Assembly: GCA_002269645.1 (NCBI GenBank)
Contig: NIVC01000396.1
Coordinates: 542,862-606,861, forward strand
Length of the DNA stretch: 64,000 nt
Reading direction: 5' to 3'
DNA from: Macrostomum lignano
Lineage: Eukaryota
Shown here: in pieces, positions 59,565 to 64,000 of the stretch
Layout: every line of letters starts with the position of its first letter
Numbering within the stretch: the first letter of the stretch is position 1
Translations under genes and position numbers: made by a program
Notes under the pieces: model-generated
Seen by the model: the letters and a program-made list of their open reading frames with translations, nothing else
What the model was told of the DNA's origin: nothing
Database searches by the model: none

Positions 59565-59959
59565 GAGTGGAAAAATATTCGATCAGCTGTAGGGCAGCTT
59601 AGGTTAAACTTATCTCTCAGCTTGATTGAAAGCTGGGCAGAGTGACAGAGTCGATAAGGCCGAAAGCATTGGCACAGTCACTTTTTGTGCGCTCTGGATG
59701 ATGCTCGGTGAAAGCGCGCGGAGCTCCTATTGGCCAGAATGTCCCAAACCAATTTGCCGTGTTTGCCTGCCTGTCTCCAAAAGTAGGGGGGTTTGCAAAG
59801 GCTTGTTTGCTTTGCTGTGAGTGTAGAGCCATGGGCGGATTTCTATAGCAATATGGAGACCAAAGGGCAAGTTGTTTGTTTTACATGCATTCACATTTCC
59901 GCTATGGAATTGCTTCAGTCGGCATGTGGCAACCAGCTTGAATGAGACTTAGGTTCTGT

Positions 59960-61090
59960 GAAGCTTAGGTTTGTGAAGCTTAGGTTTGTTAAGCTTTTGG
60001 ATTTGTGAAGCTTTTGGGTTTTTGAAGCTTGGGGTTTGTGAAGCTTAGGATTTGTGAAGCTTTTGGGTTTGTGAAGATTTTGGGTTTGTGAAGATTTTGG
60101 GTTTGTGAAGCTTAGGATTTGTGAAGCTTTTGGGTTTGTGAAGCTTGGGGTTTGTGAAGCTTAGGATTTGTGAAGCTTAGGGTTTGTGAAGCTTAGGTTT
60201 GTGAAGCTTTGAGTTTGTGAATCTTAGGGTTTGTGAAGCTTTGAGTTTGTGAAGCTTAGGATTTGTGAAGCTTGGGATTTGTGAAGCTTGGGGTTTGTGA
60301 AGCTTAGGGTTTGTGAAGCTTTGAGTTTGTGAAGCTTAGGGTTTGTGAAGCTTAGGATTTGTGAAGCTTTTGGGTTTTTGAAGCTTGGGGTTTGTGAAGC
60401 TTAGGATTTGTGAAGCTTTTGGGTTTGTGAAGATTTTGGGTTTGTGAAGATTTTGGGTTTGTGAAGCTTAGGATTTGTGAAGCTTTTGGGTTTGTGAAGC
60501 TTGGGGTTTGTGAAGCTTAGGATTTGTGAAGCTTAGGGTTTGTGAAGCTTAGGTTTGTGAAGCTTTGAGTTTGTGAATCTTAGGGTTTGTGAAGCTTTGA
60601 GTTTGTGAAGCTTAGGATTTGTGAAGCTTGGGATTTGTGAAGCTTGGGGTTTGTGAAGCTTAGGGTTTGTGAAGCTTTGAGTTTGTGAAGCTTAGGGTTT
60701 GTGAAGCTTGTGATTTGTGAAGCTTGGGATTTGAGAAGCTTAGGATTTGTGAAGCTTAGGGTTTGTGAAGCTTTGAGTTTGTGAAGCTTGTGATTTGTGA
60801 AGCTTGGGATTTGTGAAGATTTATGAAGCTTGGTGTTCGTGAAGCTTAGGGTTTATGAAGCTTAGGATTTATGAAGCTTGGGATTTGTGAATCTTAGAAT
60901 TTGTGAAGCTTTGAGTTTTTGAAGCATAGGATTTGTGAAGCTTTGAGTTTGTAAAGCTTTGAGTTTGTGAAGCTTTGAGTTTGTGAAGCTTAGGGTTTGT
61001 GAAGCTTGGGATTTGTGAAGCTTTGAGTTTGTGAAGCTTAGGGTTTGTGAATCTTAGGGTTTGTGAAGCTTAGAGTCTGTGAGGTTTGTG
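59960..61090. repeat. 15-17 bp repeat (gaagcttagggtttgt)n with ~356-bp internal duplication
   Basis: The variant order at 60001 recurs at 60357. Confidence 0.95.
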
Positions 61091-61594
61091 AGGCCATGCC
61101 AAATAGATTTCTAGCATCGGGAAATTTGGAGTTAACGATAAAGATTCGAGCTTTAGTTTTGGGATCCCGTTATCGAGTATGCAAATGAAAACTACCCCCC
61201 CCCACACACAACACATTTATAATAGTGGCAATGCAGTATACTCATTAGTCATTGTTATACCTTGATGCGCTTCTTTAATCCTTAAATACTTAACTCAAAT
61301 TCCGTTATCGATTTTTCTGTTATTGATCCTGGGGGGGGGTAAGAAGTGGTTGTGCGATAGTTAGTTCCCACGGTAAATTGTATTAGTGCAATATGCCAAT
61401 TTTCGGTGCTTGCCAATGACTTGAGAGCATTGGGTTGGAGACTGATTTATGGCTGGAGGGGCCCGGGCTCGCATTGGAAATTCAGAGATTTACTGTGCGG
61501 CCCCATGACTGACCGATCGAAGCCATGCAGATCCGGTTGAATAAACACAGGCCAAGAACAGGGAGCAAATGTTATGACTGTTTGTGCCTTCCAC

Positions 61595-61960
61595 GGGAGT
61601 CAGGTATTCAGGTATTCAAGTATTCAGGTACATGTATTTTGGCATTCAAGTATTCAGGTACATGTATTCAGGTATTCAAGTACATGTATTCAGGTACATG
61701 TATTCAGGTATTCAGGTATTCAGGTACATGTATTCAGGTATTCAGGTATTCAAGTATTCAGGTACATGTATTCAGGTATTCAGGCCTTCGGTATTCAGGT
61801 ATTCAGGTATTCAGGTACATGTATTCAGGTATTCAGGTACATGTATTCAGGTATTCAGGTACATGTATTCAGGTATTCAGATATTCAGGTACATGTATTC
61901 AGGTATTCAGGCCTTCGGGTATTCAGGTACATGTGTTCAGGTATTCAGGAATTCAGGAAT
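61595..61960. repeat. (ATTCAGGT)n / (ATTCAGGTACATGT)n repeat
   Basis: Directly visible. Confidence 0.93.
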
Positions 61961-62174
61961 TGTGGACAAATTGTTTTCTACTTCCTTTAATTAATTTATG
62001 CTGACTTAAGTCATTGACTAACGCAGATATTAGATAAAAAGACAATAAATCAGAATGAAAATTTTAGCGCTGTCAGCTAAAATGCGCAGGTATTGAGGCG
62101 CAGATATTGAAATAGTGCAGTGCGCTAAAAGAGCGCAGCAAAGGTCACAATGCCGCTGCACTCTAACGTTTTGA

Positions 62175-64000
62175 ATTAGGCATTTACACCTGCACCAATG
62201 TTCTGAATTAGGCATTTTTAATTGCACCAATGTTCTGAATTAGGCATTTTTACTTGCACCAATGTTCTGAATTAGGCATTTACACCTGCACCAATGTTCT
62301 GAATTAGGCATTTACACCTGCACCAATGTTCTGAATTAGGCATTTACACCTGCACCAATGTTCTGAATTAGGCATTTACACCTGCACCAATGTTCTGAAT
62401 TAGGCATTTTTAATTGCACCAATGTTCTGAATTAGGCATTTACACCTGCACCAATGTTCTGAATTAGGCATTTTTAATTGCACCAATGTTCTGAATTAGG
62501 CATTTTTACTTGCACCAATGTTCTGAATTAGGCATTTACACCTGCACCAATGTTCTGAATTAGGCATTTACACCTGCACCAATGTTCTGAATTAGGCATT
62601 TACACCTGCACCAATGTTCTGAATTAGGCATTTACACTTGCATCAATGTTCTGAATTAGGCATTTACACCTGCACCAATGTTCTGAATTAGGCATTTACA
62701 CCTGCACCAATGTTCTGAATTAGGCATTTACACCTGCACCAATGTTCTGAATTAGGCATTTTCAATTGCACCAATGTTCTGAATTAGGCATTTACACCTG
62801 CACCAATGTTCTGAATTAGGCATTTACACCTGCACCAATGTTCTGAATTAGGCATTTACACCTGCACCAATGTTCTGAATTAGGCATTTTCACTTGCACC
62901 AATGTTCTGAATTAGGCATTTACACCTGCACCAATGTTCTGAATTAGGCATTTACACCTGCACCAATGTTCTGAATTAGGCATTTACACCTGCACCAATG
63001 TTCTGAATTAGGCATTTTTACTTGCACCAATGTTCTGAATTAGGCATTTACACCTGCACCAATGTTCTGAATTAGGCATTTACACCTGCACCAATGTTCT
63101 GAATTAGGCATTTACACCTGCACCAATGTTCTGAATTAGGCATTTACACCTGCACCAATGTTCTGAATTAGGCATTTTCACTTGCACTAATGTTTTGAAT
63201 TAGGCATTTAACTTGCACCAATGTTCTGAAGTAGACATTTTTACACCTGCACCAATGTTCTGAATTAGGCATTTACACCTGCACCAATGTTCTGAATTAG
63301 GCATTTACACCTGCACCAATGTTCTGAATTAGGCATTTACACTTGCATCAATGTTCTGAATTAGGCATTTACACCTGCACCAATGTTCTGAATTAGGCAT
63401 TTACACCTGCACCAATGTTCTGAATTAGGCATTTACACCTGCACCAATGTTCTGAATTAGGCATTTTCAATTGCACCAATGTTCTGAATTAGGCATTTAC
63501 ACCTGCACCAATGTTCTGAATTAGGCATTTACACTTGCACCAATGTTCTGAATTAGGCATTTTCACCTGCACCAATGTTCTGAATTAGGCATTTTCACCT
63601 GCACCAATGTTCTGAATTAGGCATTTACACCTGCACCAATGTTCTGAATTAGGCATTTTCACTTGCACTAATGTTTTGAATTAGGCATTTACACCTGCAC
63701 CAATGTTCTGAATTAGGCATTTACACCTGCACCAATGTTCTGAATTAGGCATTTTTACTTGCACCAATGTTCTGAAGTAGACATTTTTACACCTGCACCA
63801 ATGTTCTGAATTAGGCATTTACACCTGCACAATGTTCTGAAGTAGACATTTTTACACCTGCACCAATGTTCTGAATTAGGCATTTACACCTGCACCAATG
63901 TTCTGAATTAGGCATTTACACCTGCACCAATGTTCTGAATTAGGCATTTACACCTGCACCAATGTTCTGAATTAGGCATTTTTACTTGCACCAATGTTCT
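62175..64000. repeat. 32-33 bp satellite running off the window end
   Basis: Unit caccaatgttctgaattaggcatttacacctg, more than 55 copies. Confidence 0.97.

Noticed and set aside
18115-64000. 20-60 bp repeats as CRISPR arrays
   Set aside because: Units are head-to-tail with no unique spacers, there are no cas genes, and the context is eukaryotic.

Overview
This is eukaryotic (animal) genomic DNA: GC-rich exons, GT-AG introns, AT-rich intergenic tracts and very dense tandem repeats. The style suggests a free-living flatworm such as Macrostomum (inference only). All reconstructed genes are on the minus strand. In coordinate order they are: (1) a partial Bub1/BubR1-family gene with a probable 8-nt micro-exon; (2) an intronless stomatin/MEC-2-like SPFH gene; (3) a GPI-anchored mucin missed by the ORF track; (4) a two-domain Ly6/uPAR GPI protein; (5) a 17-exon, ~3180-aa TRANK1-like gene (TPR, ankyrin, UvrD/SF1 helicase, TPR, Zn finger, RGG tail); (6) an uncharacterised extracellular-type exon; (7) a membrane-anchored FkbM-family methyltransferase. 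Mobile elements include a decayed Tc1/mariner, a P-element/THAP deletion derivative with perfect 67-bp TIRs and an 8-bp TSD, a 93-bp MITE, a tRNA-headed SINE and several RTE-like and other LINE relics. The most striking pattern is that 15 of the 16 TRANK1 introns each carry their own tandem array, one built from a tRNA-Glu-like 60-mer. Four single-base frame breaks at short homopolymers are most likely assembly errors.
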